Shown here one piece after another: positions 39,248-53,505 of a DNA stretch of 64,000 nucleotides. A model generated the notes under the pieces. The model was given only the letters and a program-made list of their open reading frames with translations. It did not search any database and was not told the origin of the DNA. Origin of the DNA: Kondoa subrosea (Eukaryota); contig BCIN01000011.1 of assembly GCA_039545335.1 (NCBI GenBank), positions 248,001 to 312,000 on the forward strand, read 5' to 3'. Every line of letters starts with the position of its first letter. Positions within the stretch are counted from its first letter, which is position 1. Made by a program: the position numbers and the translations under genes.

Positions 39248-39589
39248 AATTCATTAGATATCAGTATTGCCAATCATCTCATTTATTGGCCATTTTTCGT
39301 GATTCGCTTGTTTCTGACTGTGACTTTACTGCAATTCTCATGATCTGTGCAAGATGTAGCTCGTGCCCTGCTAACGAGATGCTACCGTGCAATCGGAATG
39401 TGCAATTAGATGCTCAGTGAACAGGGGTCAAATTCGAAATGACCTGCGAATAGGGGGTTCTCTTTTCAAAAAGCGCTTGTCTCTTTTCTTCTCTCTCTCT
39501 CTTTCTTTGTCTTTCAACGACTTGCACACTCTTTCGCTTTTCATTCGCTTTTCAACACCCTTTTACTTTGAACAAACCCAGAGGCAACA

Positions 39590-40746
39590 ATGTGGTGTGA
39601 CAAGTTGAGCGGATTCAAATCAAAACAGTCTTACAAGCGGAAGGGCTGAACGTGCTTCTTTCAGCTGTCTCCTCATCTTTCCTCTCAAATGTATGCTCTC
39701 CTCCCTCGCAGTTGTAGCTAGCTCCGGCTGATATGAAACTCATTTAAGATGGCTCGATGGTGAATCCGACTAGCTATACCCGATTGGGATATAACTAACT
39801 CAATCATATAGGCTCTCGCTATCCTTATAGGTCTCTACAAGTCAGCTTCATTCCAATCTCAAAGGAATAGCCAAACTGATTGTCAATAATACCTTATAGT
39901 CTTGGCGGAGCTATTCTACTTTTCCTTTATGGCATGTCACTCTTCTACTACACTATCGAATACCAAATCTATGGCGGTATCGGAATTGGAGTTTTCGTCC
40001 TTTGTTTGTTAACGGTTTTGGCTCATTCGAATGTGAGTGATCATGGCAGTCACGAGTGGATCAAAACTGATGCAGAGCCTAGAATTCTTACCTATGGACG
40101 TGAGCTCAACCGTCTGGGTTACTTTGACGCGGGCTGAACCAACTTCTTAGTCGCTTGGTCTTCTTTCTTTGGCCTTTCAGTATGTGATCTTCAGTTTCTG
40201 ACTAGCCATCAAAAGCTCACAGTCTTCAAAGTACTAATTATCGTCGCTATTCGTGCTGGCTTTATGCTCTTCCAATTGAACAGAAACAAGGATCACATCA
40301 CGTTCGCTTCTTTCTTTGCAAAGCTACTCGGATGATATGCTCATGTCTTGTCGATAGATGGTCATGCAATCATGGAGGTCAAATATGGAGTCCAGAAGCA
40401 GAAGCAGGCAACAGCACCATGCCTTCTAATTCTGCGTCTTCGACGACTTTACCTTCTGGTTTCTGTACTTCCGGGTTCTCTACTGTTTATACAGCTTTCG
40501 CTTTCGCTTTGGCTATCGATTTGGGACTACAGGTAAGTATCATTGAAGGAGAAAGTCTCGTCAGCTGAAAAGCGTTTCATAGTTGTATCAATATTTCATG
40601 GCTTGGAGAATGAAGAGAAGAATCGAACATCGGTACTCAGCTTGTTCTTCCAACTTAGGTCGTAAGCCAATATCATCAGGTGCGAGCCCATATTGTAGTG
40701 ACAGATTGCTTTTTGCTTCCAAGCTTGAATAGACATTTATGCTTGA
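39590..40746 (+). CDS. Small four-TM membrane protein, about 10 introns with micro-exons
   Basis: Spliced MCCLLIFPLKYGSMALAIL..; four hydrophobic segments; Cys pair in the last loop (WSC..GFC). Confidence 0.7.
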
Positions 40747-41382
40747 GGAAGAGGGACAAGATCGTTTGCAAAAGGGGTTTTCACGAGGATTACATTATTT
40801 GGTTTTATTTTATGGGCATCTTATTACTGTATTAAACGAAGTATATAACGATTATATCATAACGAACTTTACGACAAGGGTTTTCAATTGCATATTGTAC
40901 AATTTGGGTTAAGCCTTGCTTTCTGAGATACTGAAGACTGCTGTTCCTTTTCGGTTCAGCTATTTCCCATGTGTTCTTCTTTCTTTGTTGGCAAGTCTGA
41001 TCGCGACAAGTCATTCATCAGGATCTTCGTTGCGCAGAGCAGACCTGTTGCGAGATGTCAAGAATAGGGAAGCAGAAGAGCACAGGATGGCGCGATGATG
41101 GGAAGGTGCTACGAGTCGCTGGATAACACAATCTCGGAAAAGCTACACGAAAGCAATATACCGAACAAAGCAGTCGGATACACAGAATATCCAGCATGAT
41201 TACTGAGGCGTGGAAATTATGACAGATCAGATAATTAGAAGGATAACAAAAGCAATCATCGACAGGTGTCACTGAAAGCGGAAAGAGATCTGAATACGCA
41301 GGATCATCTGACGGGAGAAAGAGCATAAAGTAGAAAGATAGCATGCAACAGAAATCGGCAGAACACAGTTGAAGAAAGACCT

Positions 41383-41392
41383 GTCATTTTTT
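41383..41392 (-). promoter_or_regulatory. Candidate motif AAAAAATGAC upstream of RRP5
   Basis: GTCATTTTTT on the plus strand, ~47 nt before the RRP5 ATG. Confidence 0.25.
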
Positions 41393-41438
41393 CCTTCAAT
41401 GCCAGCTTGTCCCGCAACCGCTCGAATAGCGAATACCA

Positions 41439-44400
41439 ATGGCTATTGATACCAAGAAGCGATCTGCCAATACCAATGACTCTTCAGCGTCCAAAGCAAA
41501 GAAGCCGCGATTGAGCGAGTCTGCAGCAGCAACATCGTCGACAAAACCAAATTTCAATTCTCTCATTTCTACTCAAGAGACTGATTTTCCTCGAGGCGGT
41601 GGTACTTCGTTGTCACAAGTTGAAGTCAAAGAAGCTAGAGCTGAAGCGGCGAAAGATTTGTTCGATGTGTCTACTGCTGCTAACAAGAAAAAACGGACTG
41701 CTAGCGATGCTTCGAAAGCGCCTGCTGATGGTGTACTGCCAAAGCGCAAGAAATTCAACAATGACAAGAAGAAGGGAAAGAATAATCCAGACTTGATCAA
41801 AAAACCAGTCAACCCGGATCAGATTCGAGTAGAGCATCTCAACTACAAGGTGAGACTAGACTATAGTTTCCGCTTATCATAAGGATATCTCTTATACGTG
41901 TCATATAGCGTCTTACTGAAGGCACTAATGTTCTAGCCCAAATCATCTCCATTCGCGCATTAGAACTGATAGTCAGCTTACCTAACCAACTTCTCGCTCA
42001 TATTCCTATTACTGCTATTTCTTCTTACTTCACACAATCTCTCGAATCGAATACGACAGCCAAATCAAATGCGTCACAATCAGATGAAGAGGAATCTTCA
42101 GACGAAGAAGAAGACGATGATGTACCTGATCTCTCATCCATGTTCCAAATCGGTCAACTTTTGAACGCTCAAGTGACATCCTCTAAAACAACAGATGTAG
42201 CGAGAAAGACTCTTCATCAATCCCAAAAAGCAGACGAGCAATACAGATTATCGAGAAGAGTCGCTTTAACTCTTGATCCTGCGATTTGTTACTCAAAGAT
42301 AAAGAAATCTGATCTGGTTCACGGAATGGTACTCTACAACGCTGTGGTGAAAAGTATAGAAGATAATGGTTATTTGTTGGATTTGGCTGTTGAGGGAGTG
42401 ACGGCTTTCCTCACCTTTGATCAAGCTAAGAAAGCCAATGAAGGTCGGTCTTTCGACTTGATTGACATGTGCAAGGTCTGACCGAGTCTGATATGATGAC
42501 AGATCGCTCCTTTACTATTGGTCAGCTTGTTCCGATCAAGATTCTCAAGATGTCTGGTAACGGCCGGACATGTACTGTGTCTGCACTACAAACGGATGTA
42601 GAGAATTCAGTGGTGAGTCTACCTTACTTGCAAACTAGAACATCGCTGAAGGGTTCCATCAGCTCACAAACGCTCCTTCCGTCGATGCAATCCTTCCTAT
42701 GCTTCTCGTCTCTTGCTTAATTACCGCTCTTACTCCATCCGGTCTCAATGTCAAGTTCCTCGGTTTCTTCGATGGCACAATCGATCTTTACCACTTACCG
42801 CTCAAAAATACTTTATCCAAAGATCTCTCCAAACATTACAAGATTGGTCAAAAGCTCAAAGCTAGAGTATTGTGGTCATTGAACAACTCTGCTTCACTCA
42901 ACGCGAGCGAGAAAACAATTGCTCTGTCTTGTTTACCTCATTTAGTCACACCTTTGACAATGAAAGCAAATCAAGCTGAAATCAAAAACGCATTCCCTGT
43001 GGGTATGATTTTGCAAAGTGTGAAAGTATCAAGAGTGGAGAGCGAGTTTGGGTTGGTTTGTGAGATCCTCGGTCCGAATGAAGGTGATCCTAGTGTACCT
43101 GCTTTTGTGCATGTTTGTCTTTTCTCTCTCATTGCTTTTACTTCAACATTTCTGATGTTAGCCACACGAGTAGTTATCGAAAGTCTCGGATGAACACTTA
43201 CAATCCATACCAGCTTCAAGCGCAGGTGGGAAATGGTCCGAAGGAACAATGCACCCTGCTCGAGTTATTGGGTTTGCAGATGTAGATGGCTTGGTTCAAC
43301 TTTCTTTCCAGCCTTCTGTATTAGAACAAAGGTTCTTGAAAGTAGAAGATGTCAAAATTGGTGAAGTAGTAAAGGTGGGAACGAGATGTATTTCGGCACA
43401 TGAGGTTTCGCTCATTTCATGACATCTCGAAACACAGGCGACTGTCAAAGGACTTACGGAAAATGCTCTGTTCTTGAGTATTGCTGGCAGTGTGGACGGT
43501 TTGGTTTGGGCAAATCATTTCTCAGATATCAAGCTAAAATATCCTGAACGCAAGTTCAAGATCGGCAGCGTTATCAAAGCAAGGGTGAGCACGCATATTC
43601 CACTTATGAGACACTGTCATAAGCTGAATTGATGCGTCCGCAGATCTTTTCCGCCGATCCCGAGAAGTTCAGAGTCGCTTTAACACTCAAGAAATCACTT
43701 CTGACCTCTGATTTACCTGTCTTGACAAGTATAGAAGAAGCTCAAGTTGGTCAAGATCTGGACGCTGTGGTCAGCAAAGTCATGGATAAAGGCTTGTTCA
43801 TCGAGCTCTTTGGTGGCTTGAGAGCTTTCGTTCCGATTGCCGAAGCATCGTAAGTGCTGCATCTCGTCTGAAGAATGCTACTGACGTGGTGTGTACAGAG
43901 ATGAATACCTGAAAACGCTTGAGGGCCATTTTGCTGTTGGCAATGCTCTCCGTGTGCGACTTACGAAAGTCGACGTGCCTAACAAGCAACTTATGGCAAG
44001 TGTACGTAAAGCTATGACCACTGCACCTGTAGCAAGTACCTCTGCCACTGAAGATGGACCTATAATCAGCGTCAACGATTTGCGAGTCGGTCAGACATGT
44101 ACAGCTATCGTCAAAGAAATCCATAAATCAAATTACCTACTCGCTTTACAACCTTCTTCCGCTAAAGCGCTTCTATCTTTCAAAGCTATTGCAAAACAGA
44201 AAGAAATCACGCAAGATAAAGCCTCAACGATTTATTCTGTTGGTGAAATTCTGGAAGATCTCGTTCTGGTGTCGAAGAATGAAGAAAGATCTTTGGCGAT
44301 CCTCGGTTTCCACATTAATACTGCGCCAACGAAGAAAACAGAGCCTTTGCCTACTTCAATCAGCGCTGGAATAGATTTCAATGCTGTCTCAGTTGGCCAG

Positions 44401-46739
44401 CAGTTCTCAGGTCGTGTCAGTGGCAGAACTCCGAATGGCTTTACAATTCAATTAGCTCGGAATCTCAAAGGTCGCGTTCATCTGACTGACTCGTCAGATG
44501 ATTATGGTCTGGTGGATGCTTCTTTCTTACCCGATAAGACCATGGTAGAGTGCAAAGTTATCAATCTTGATCTGGATCATAAAAGATTGGATCTTTCGCT
44601 GCGATCTTCTGTGGTCGAGTCCGACTCAGCTCTACCGCCCAAAGATCCTGTGATCGGAGGACTAGATGATCTGGTAGTGGGTCAAACCATTCGAGGATTT
44701 GTCAAGAATATTGCCGAGAACGGCTTGTTTGTTTCGCTCGGAAAAGACGTGACAGCTCGAGTGCAGATCAAAGTGAGTGATCACACACGCCCTAATTTTA
44801 TCGCTGAGACAATGTGTGCTTAGGAACTGTTTGATGACTTCGTACAAGATTGGAAAGCCAAATTCTCCCCAGGGCAACTTGTAGAGGGCAAGGTTGCTAA
44901 GTAAGCAGACACATATCTGACCGATACACACACTGATGCCTTGTACAAAGAATTGATCCTCTACGAAATCAGGTCGAGCTCACCTTGCGCAAGAAGTCGA
45001 GTCCTAAGCCCAAAGAAGAAAAGACTGTCGAAAGCCTGCAAGATTATGCTGTGGATCAACAAGTTCAGGCAATCATCAAGAATATCCAGCCTTTTGGCGC
45101 GTTCTTGCGCATTAAAGGTAGCCAGATCAGCGGTTTATGTCACAAAACAGAGGTATGTCCGCGCTTTCACAGCAAGACAACGCTAGATATGCTATTCTTC
45201 TTCTTCAGATTGCTGATGAAGCGGGCGACAATTGGGAATCTCTGGTACAGAAGGGTGAAGAAGTTCGCGCGGTCATAACGCAGATTGACACCGAAAAGAA
45301 GCGAATATCGTTTTCCATGAAGGCATCAAAGTTGGGAGGTACCGATGAGGCTGCAGAGGAAGATAAGTTTGAAATTTCGGAAGAAGCAGAAGATGAGAGT
45401 GAAGAAGGCTCCGAGGATGAAGTAGAAATTTTTCTCGGCAAAGACCCAGCCGATGACGAAGCTGACTCAGAAGAAGAGGTCGATGGCATGGACGTAGATG
45501 ACAACGCTATGCAGAGCATTGTATGTGGTCTTGAATACTGCCAAAGTCTGCGTTGCTGATTCGCAGCAGTCGGCTACAATGGGATCTCACAACGTGCCAG
45601 CACTTTCTGTCGGGCAATCTTTTGACTGGAAGGGTCTATCAGCAACAAGCAAGCAAAGTACTGCGGACAATGAATCGGTTCTCTCGGAAGATGAAGATGA
45701 AGGAGGATTGTCGAAGCCTAGCAACAAAAAAGCAGCTCGCTTTTCAGCGATAGAAGACAAAACAGGGGAGATGGCCTCCGATGCACCAACTTCTGAAGCC
45801 GAATTCGAGCGATTGCTACTTGGTTCTGCAAACTCTTCCTTCTTGTGGATCCAATACATGTCTTTTTTCATGCAACAGTCCGATCTAGTCAAAGCTCGGC
45901 AGATCGCTCAGCGAGCTCTGCAGACCATCAGTTACCGCGAAGAGGATGAGAAACGAAATGTTTGGCTTGCTATACTTAATCTTGAGAATTCCTTTGGCAC
46001 CGAAGAGTCGCTGGAAGACGCCTTCAAGAATGCAACGCAATCGACTGAGCCGAAACATATGCATCTAAGCTTCATCCAAATTCTGGAAAATGCTGGAAAA
46101 ATCAAGGTATCTGTGACGTCTCTTGCTGTAATTCGTAATGCTCAAAATCTGTGTTTTACAGGAAGCTGAAGATGTCTTCGAAAGGTTGATCAAGAAGTTT
46201 AGCCAGAGTTCCAAAGTTTGGACGATTTATGGGCAGTTTCTGTTTGCGCAGAATCGACCAGAAGATGCCAGAACGCTCCTACCGCGTAGTCTTAAATCGC
46301 TACCCAAGCGAAAGCGTGAGTTTGATCTACAAGCTTACTGCTTTCATTGAACCAATTTTCGGCGGCAGATGTCAAGACGATTACCAAGTTTGCCTTGCTT
46401 GAATTCAAGACTGGCGACGCGGAACGCGGTCGAACGATATTCTCTGGCATCATCGACACTTATCCCAAGAAGTTGGATCTGCTGTCAATTTACATAGACC
46501 AGGAGGCCAAGATTGGTAATATGTCAGCAGTAGAGCAGCTCGTTGAAAAAGGCTTGGAGCAGAAGTTGTCCACTAGTACGTTCTCTATAGTTTGACTGCA
46601 CACATTACCTCATTCGGCTGTTACAGAAAATGCCAAGTTCCTGCTTAAGAAGTGGCTTAAGATTGCCAAAGATGAAGGTGACGAGACAATGGTCGCGAAG
46701 GTCACAGCACGAGCTAAAGAGTATGTGAATGGGCAATAA
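41439..46739 (+). CDS. RRP5: rRNA biogenesis protein Rrp5 (S1 repeats + HAT repeats)
   Basis: ETDFPRGGG, RVEHLNYKRL, multiple S1 repeats, FERLLLGSANSSFLWIQYM, FALLEFKTGDAERGRTIF. Confidence 0.95.
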
Positions 46740-46840
46740 TCTATCTATATCTACTAGACAGACATACATATACCCTCGCATCGAGACTGAATCCAAATAG
46801 AAAAGTACAAGCACAAATACCAAACTTATCATAACTATTA

Positions 46841-49800
46841 CTATTTCCCTAGACTGTGCGATGCGATGCCATTACTCTGATTATTATTCCAAAATTCAGC
46901 TGGGGAGATGATTCAGCTGCGGAACACCTATCTAGCTCAGATCAACTCACTTCTTAATTCTTCACTATCAAGCGATGAGGTAAGATCTGACTGCTTCTTA
47001 AGACCATTCAGATCAAACCGATCTTGCTCGTAATCGGATATTTGGGAATTGCGCGAATGTTGGTCGCCTGTCGAGGAAGCTGTATCGGACACTGCTCCAC
47101 CTCCGTGTTCTATGTGACTGTTTGATTTCTTTTAGACACATTCTGCACTCTCAAGACATGACTTACTCAAGCAAAAGTCCAACCCTCTGTTCCGCTTGCT
47201 TGCATCGCAACTCCAGCGTCTCATTTTCTCGACGCAACCATTCAGCTAGAGATTGATCAGGAGGATGAGGAGACTATAGAACACGCCCGTACCTTTACTC
47301 TGTGCAGTCTGGAGATCCTGTTGTAGCTTATGACCTGCCTCCGGCCAAGAATCTTTCTCGTCGGTCTCGTTCATTGACTTTGTGCTAGATTTGTGAGCCA
47401 GAGCAGCTTGAAGTTCCTCGTTCAGTTGATCGTTCAGCGTCAGCGTCTCTTCCAGCTCAGTCTGAGTCTTCGTGAGGTCGGTTTGTAGCTGTCGCATCTC
47501 ACTCTCCAAGGCATCGATCCGTTTATTAGCCTCGCCTTGCTGCTCCTTCTGTGTTCGATCAAAGTCGAGTTGAACGGTCTCGAGACGGTGTTGCAGTTCT
47601 TCGTTTTGTGCAGCGGACTCTTCCGAGAAAGATTTGAGCTCTGCCATTTGCGATCGAAGGGCATCTAATTCGGGTTTACTAGCTTCTTGAGAGCGCTGCA
47701 CCTGTTGTTCGAGGTCCTCATTGCGCGATTTGTGCTTGCTGACTTCATCTCGCATCTTCCTGAGCATCTTTTCGGTTCCACGAACATATTGGACAGCCTT
47801 GGTGTGAACATCTTGAAGCTTGTTGTGTTCTAATTGCAAGGCGCGAAGCTCACTTTCCGTTTGAGCAATTCGCTCGTCGTTTCTGAAGCCTTGCGCAGAT
47901 TCGCGGCCACTAGGACTTGTGACCCTTTCAAGCTGATCCCGGAGGTGACCAGCTTGATCTTCGGATGCCTGTTGTCGGTGCGAAGCATGCCGCAACTGCT
48001 GCTGTACTGATTCCAAATCTCGGCGAGATTCGTGATGCGCAGATTCCAGATCTCGCTGTGACTTGGTCCGATGTTCGAGTTGAGCCTCTAGCTCTTGCAC
48101 GCGACGATATAGTTGAGCATTATTCGATTGGGCAGATATGGAGTTGCCTAGTCTGGGCGAGCCATCTGCTTCGTCGACCGGAATGCCATGATCGATTAAT
48201 AAAGACCGTAGAAGAACAGCTTTAGTTTCTGACGCTTCAGCTAACCGCGATTGCTCAGACACATCGATATCCTTCGCCAATAAATCGGATTTGAGACGGG
48301 CAGTGTCTCGCAGAGATGCTGCATGTTGTGACCGAAGAGCTGACATTTCGGATCGCAGAGACAGCACTTGCTTTTCTAGTTGGACGTGGCGGGCACTCGC
48401 GTCTTCGAGATCAGAATGTGCAGCATCGGCTCGTCGAGCAGACTCTTGATGCAGATTGCGAAGAGACTCTGTCTCGACTTGGGCAGCTTTGAGCAAAGCG
48501 TCGCTGGGTTGAGGACCTTCCGCGATGGAGCGTTCTCGACTTGCTTTTGCATGGGTAAGCAGTTCAGTGAGACTTCCGTTGGTCAGCGTTCGCATTGCTT
48601 CATGTTCCGCTTGCGTGGAGTTGAGCATGCGTTGCAATTCATCTTCTCTGGCGGTAGTAGCATTCAGCTCGGTGGATTTGCTTTCAAGATCAGCTTTCAA
48701 GGTTGCTATCTCAGATTGGGAAGCTGCCAAGTCGCCTCTGGCTTTGGTCCATAGACCTTGAAGCTCATCGCTTTGTGCGATGGCTGCATTAAGTGCTGCT
48801 TGCGTCTGTTCCAGAGTAGAAATATAGTGCGCTAAAGAGCCCTCAGCCGTTTCTAGTCGTGTTCGTGTATCTTCATGTTCTGCTGTGGCTCGAGAATGCG
48901 AAGAAGATATAGAATGAATCTCTTCCCTATAGCTAGAGATGCTGGATTCGTGTGTTTTGACTTTGCGTTGCATGTCTGCATAGTCGCTCAGAGCTCGAGA
49001 ATAGGAAGATTCTGTGGCTTCCGCTCGGTCGCTAGCCATTTGAGCATGTTCTTCGGCCGATTTGCGCAGTTTTGATTCTTGAAGTAGCGCTGTCTGTATC
49101 TGTGCTGCTTTCTTATCGAGATCTACCTTCTCTTCTGCTGTTGCCACAAGCCTTTGTTCAAGTTCCGCTATCCTCTCGCGGTCCAGCTTCGAAGCGTCTG
49201 TCGCGGAACCTGATTCGATCGCAGCTAGCTTTGCACGGTAGAAAGATGCTTCTTGGACGGCCAGCGCACGAGATGCTGATGCTTGGTGAATAATTTCTTC
49301 AGCAGAATTACTCCTTTCGATCATTGACGCCTAGAAACTCGTTAGTGCCAAATAGACATTGAAGCCAGACAATGGATACCTTGACACTAGCCAGCTCTTG
49401 TTTCATCAGGACTAAAGCTTCCATTAATTTCTGTGACTGAGTCTGAGCTTGTACGTTGTTTCCGCTGCCGAAAATAGCCATGGATTTAGCAAGTTGCGCA
49501 TCAGCTTCTTGTTGACCAGCATCTGGCAAGAGGAAGCCTCTCTGTGTGGCCACTGTCAAAGCAGCATGCATCCAAGGCGGCGGCGAGTAATCGGATTGCT
49601 GTTGTGGAGGGACCCTTGAGTTTTGCTGTGGTGCATCTTGATAATAAAAAGCATCGTTCTGCGCAGTTATGGGAGTGGATTGATTTGACATAGGAGACTG
49701 TAGCACATTATTTTGATCTTTTTGGGAGTACTGAGACTGTTCTGAACGGGTATTTGACGCAGGAGAGGACGGATCTATATTGGGAGATTGGAAACGAGGA

Positions 49801-51967
49801 TCATCATATGAAGCTTGTTCAGCAGCTTTGACTTGATGGGGATATGGAAGTGCGGCAGGAGGATCAGGCGAAAGTGAGCGAGCAGTTGTGACTTCGGCTG
49901 GTGGTTGAACAGGTCTGCGATATTGCTGTGATTCATCCACAGGAGACTTGGATCTGTTGCCATCTTGTGCAATAGGCGATTTAGATCTGACAAGCTCATC
50001 CCCTTCTCTTCTTGGTCTGGCAGGGGGAACATCACGATTTATGTCTTTTTGCGGAGGAGTAGAATAGGATTGTTGCAAATCAGCAGCTACAGGCAAGCCA
50101 TTGCTTAGAGGTATTGTGCCATTACTTCTTACAGGCGTTTCTGTTTGCATGGCTTGACCGAAGCTGGAACTAGGAGCTTGAGGTTGCACACCTAGACCTT
50201 TGGTCGGCGAAGCCGCTCGAGTGCGCACAGTCTCTTCCTGCGGAGCCGGAAGCGGAGATTGAGGAGGAGGAGCGGTATTATTTGACACTTTGCGATTGTT
50301 GGCAGCTTGAGAGTTTCGATTTGCATCAGGTGGGTATTTTATCTTGGCTGTTCGTTCAGACATCACTCGTCAGCGATAGTGATTCAAGTACCGATGAACT
50401 GACCCGTATCCAATATGTGGACCATGTGAGTATCATCTGTTCGCTTCGCAGTATAGCTTTCTCCTCCAAGAACGAAAACTTTGTTCTGCCATGAAGCCAT
50501 TGCATGACCTGATCGGCCTGAAGGAGCAGGGCCCATATTTTGGAACATATACCATCTTTGATCTACCATACTGCTTCAGCATATTAATCAGATAAACTTC
50601 ATGCGGAACTCACTCGTAATCTTGAAGGCAGCTAGATCTTCGAGATCTTTGCCATCAACACCTCTTCCACCGAAGACGTACATCACATCATCGACGAGAG
50701 TAGCGGAATGACCTTCTCTAGGAACAGGGATGTAGCCAATGCAGGATAATTCAGTCCAAGTTTGTGTGTTGGTATCGTATTGCCAAGTATCGTTATAATG
50801 GTATTGTCCATCTGTCCCACCAAAGACGTATATGTTGTCACCGAAAGTAATGATTGTGTGACCTGTTCGTTTGGGTGGTGAAGTGCTATCCGAAGTAGGC
50901 TGAAGTTCCGTCCAATGAGCGTTTCCAGCTTTTACTGTGCACAACCACCTGGGTAAGTTCGAATGAACTTTAAGTGTAACGGCTACGCACATTTCTGCAA
51001 ATCAAAGGACCACATGTCATTCAAGAAGCTCCCATCATCGCTCTGACCGCCAAAGATATAGAACTTGCTTCCGACCATAGCAGCAGCATGTCCATATCTT
51101 CCTTCAGGAGCAGGTCCAGCAATCTTGACTCTAGTCCATTCATGGGTGCCTGCGATTTCGTAGACAATCAGCTTCTCATCTTACCTCCGAAGCAAGAAAT
51201 GTAAACTCACTCAGGTTGAGCAAGTATAAACCATCATCTTGAGCTTGACTGGGATCGATTTTGGTATCACCACCCCAAACGATCAATACATTGCCAACAC
51301 CAACACTAGCGTGACCAACTCTTGGACCAGGTACTTCTCCTCTAGTTTCCACTAATCCGACATTTATACTACCGGGAGGTGGTATTTGACCATTGACGAG
51401 TGGAACAGAAGGAGAAGGAGTAGGATTTGGAACACCTTGCAAGACGTATAAATCGTTTCGGACTACATCTTTAACCAAACCGCCAAAAATGTATAGATCG
51501 GCAGTTGGACCTTTGGAAATGGAATTGACTGAATGACCATATCTAGGAAAAGGAGGTGGGGATATTGTGTTGGAAGGGGATTGAGGTCTAGAATCGGCTA
51601 AGGTAGGCGGAAGGTAGTTTAACACTCTTTGTGACCAGGGATAGATAACGGTTGAGGGAGGTTTGTTAGGTCCGCTACTGGGAGTATTCGAGCGTGGACC
51701 ATCAGGCTTATTAGGACCATTGAGAACTGGCCCTTTGGCAATTGGCGGTCCTCGCTGTTGTTGCAAATTAGGAGGAGCTGAATGACCAAGCGAGTTTGGC
51801 GGTTGCTGTGAGCCTTGAACTTGCTGGTGAATAGAAGGCTGAGGACCTTGAGCGCCTTGAGAAGCGCTAAGCCTGACAGTGCCTTGACTTGAAGGAGGAG
51901 GAAATTCAGCTTTATTAATTGTTGGTGGACTATTGGTATCCTTCTTCTTCGATTTAAAGAAGCTCAT
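46841..51967 (-). CDS. KEL1: Kelch-repeat + coiled-coil cell-polarity protein (Kel1/Tea1 family); N-terminus may extend to ~52460
   Basis: YPWSQR, PFPRYGHS, GPRVGHASVGVGNVLIVWGGDT, GYIPVPREGHSATLVDDVMYVFGGR, PSGRSGHAM kelch blades; ~690-aa coiled-coil exon. Confidence 0.88.
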
Positions 51968-53505
51968 GATGCCTCTAGATCGCTTCTGTTCAGGTGAAGA
52001 TTCAGAATGCCTTCTTGCTCTTGTCCGACGCGATTCTGGTTCTTCTTCGAAAACGGAAACTTGAGTAGGTGGTGGTAGTGGTGCTCTATTTCCAGGAAAG
52101 GAGAACTCGGGTCTGGAAGGAGGATGTTGTTCAGTTGGAGACGGACTGGCTGAGCCAGGTATAGATGGAAGTATAAGGGTTGTGTGATCGTTAGCTCGTG
52201 CAGAATTGGCTACAGGCGGTCCTTGCAAATGAGGATGAGGCCGAAGGATTTGCGCGACTCCCGATGAAGCTTGACTGGAATCAGAGAGCCTCTGACTTTT
52301 AGGCGTGCCAGCAAGTAAAGAGCTTAAGGAACGAGATCTTCTGAGCCAATTGCGGGATCTTGAAGAACGGCTTGAAGCTACAGAAGAGTCGGATTGCTTC
52401 CTTGCGTGTCGTTGAGAATCCAGAGCGACCTTCAAATCAAAGCTTGCAAATGAAGCCCTGCAATGTTGTGAAATCGAATATAGCTATTTCAAAGTTGCAT
52501 GTGGGCGGGCAGGCTAGCAAATTTATAAGGAGGGTATCACGCTTTGGCAAAGAGGTATGTCTGATGTCCAGCAGCAGGTCAAGTGTGTTGTTAGAAAACA
52601 CACGAATTCGAAGACAGGAGCGAGCGTTGAACAAAGTCGTTTTTTGCTTCTAGTACAGCAAAGGGTCGTAAGGCGTGATCGTAAAGGGAGGGCAGCGAGT
52701 CTCCTTGAGCTGCGAGCAAACTCAAAGTGGAGGGCTTAGAACAAGCAGGCGCGAAGTCAATATTCGGGAAGTCGGTAATTCCTCTGTATAGGTTCGTCTA
52801 TGCAACACTATGCTGCCCGTGTGTTCTTATGCGAGTCCACTCTCTCAGCTGAACCGAGGCAAAGAAAATGTACCTTGAGCAACTCGACTATCCGTCGCGT
52901 GATCAAAGGATGTTCCAGACTTCCAGTGAGTAGCCTCTCTTTCACTTTGCTTTTCGAGAGCTCAGGATGCAGTGACGCGTTTTCTAGACCAGTTCTGCTG
53001 CATAGTTGAAAGCGGATCACATGCACCTTTGGGGATAAGAGCAATGCTATTGCGTTTGGAGTTCAGCAACCGCCTGTACATCAACAAGCTTTGATGGTAG
53101 ACCGCACAGAGCATATAGAAAGGTTCAGCTACATGACATTACTGTCGATATAGATCGAATGCTTCTGGCAATTCCGACGTGCAAGCATGGTGCTGTGTCT
53201 GATCAAGATACGAGTGCGAACAAGAGATACAAGACAAGAACAGAGCAGAGAATTGTCAGAACTCTCGCTGACTCTTGAGAGACAGCCAAGAGTGGCAGGA
53301 TTGGTCAAGAAGATTGACTCTGCTAGCGGATCCAGCCCAAGTCCTATACGATCACATCACTGCAGATTGCGCGAATGTCTGAGAGGACCTTTGCTGCAGC
53401 CAAGACGACAAAGAGCATAAAAGGTGTTTCCGTTTGATTGACCGAACGCGCTTCTTGCAGATCCCACCACTTTCACAGACAAGCACAACAGCAGACTACG
53501 ATCCA

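Noticed and set aside
39478..39512. CT-rich tract
   Set aside because: Ordinary pyrimidine-rich fungal promoter/leader sequence
41090..41210. Possible C/D snoRNA (ATGATG..CTGA with an 8-bp internal inverted repeat GCTGGATA/TATCCAGC)
   Set aside because: Imperfect C box, weak terminal stem and no rRNA-complementary guide that I could recognise
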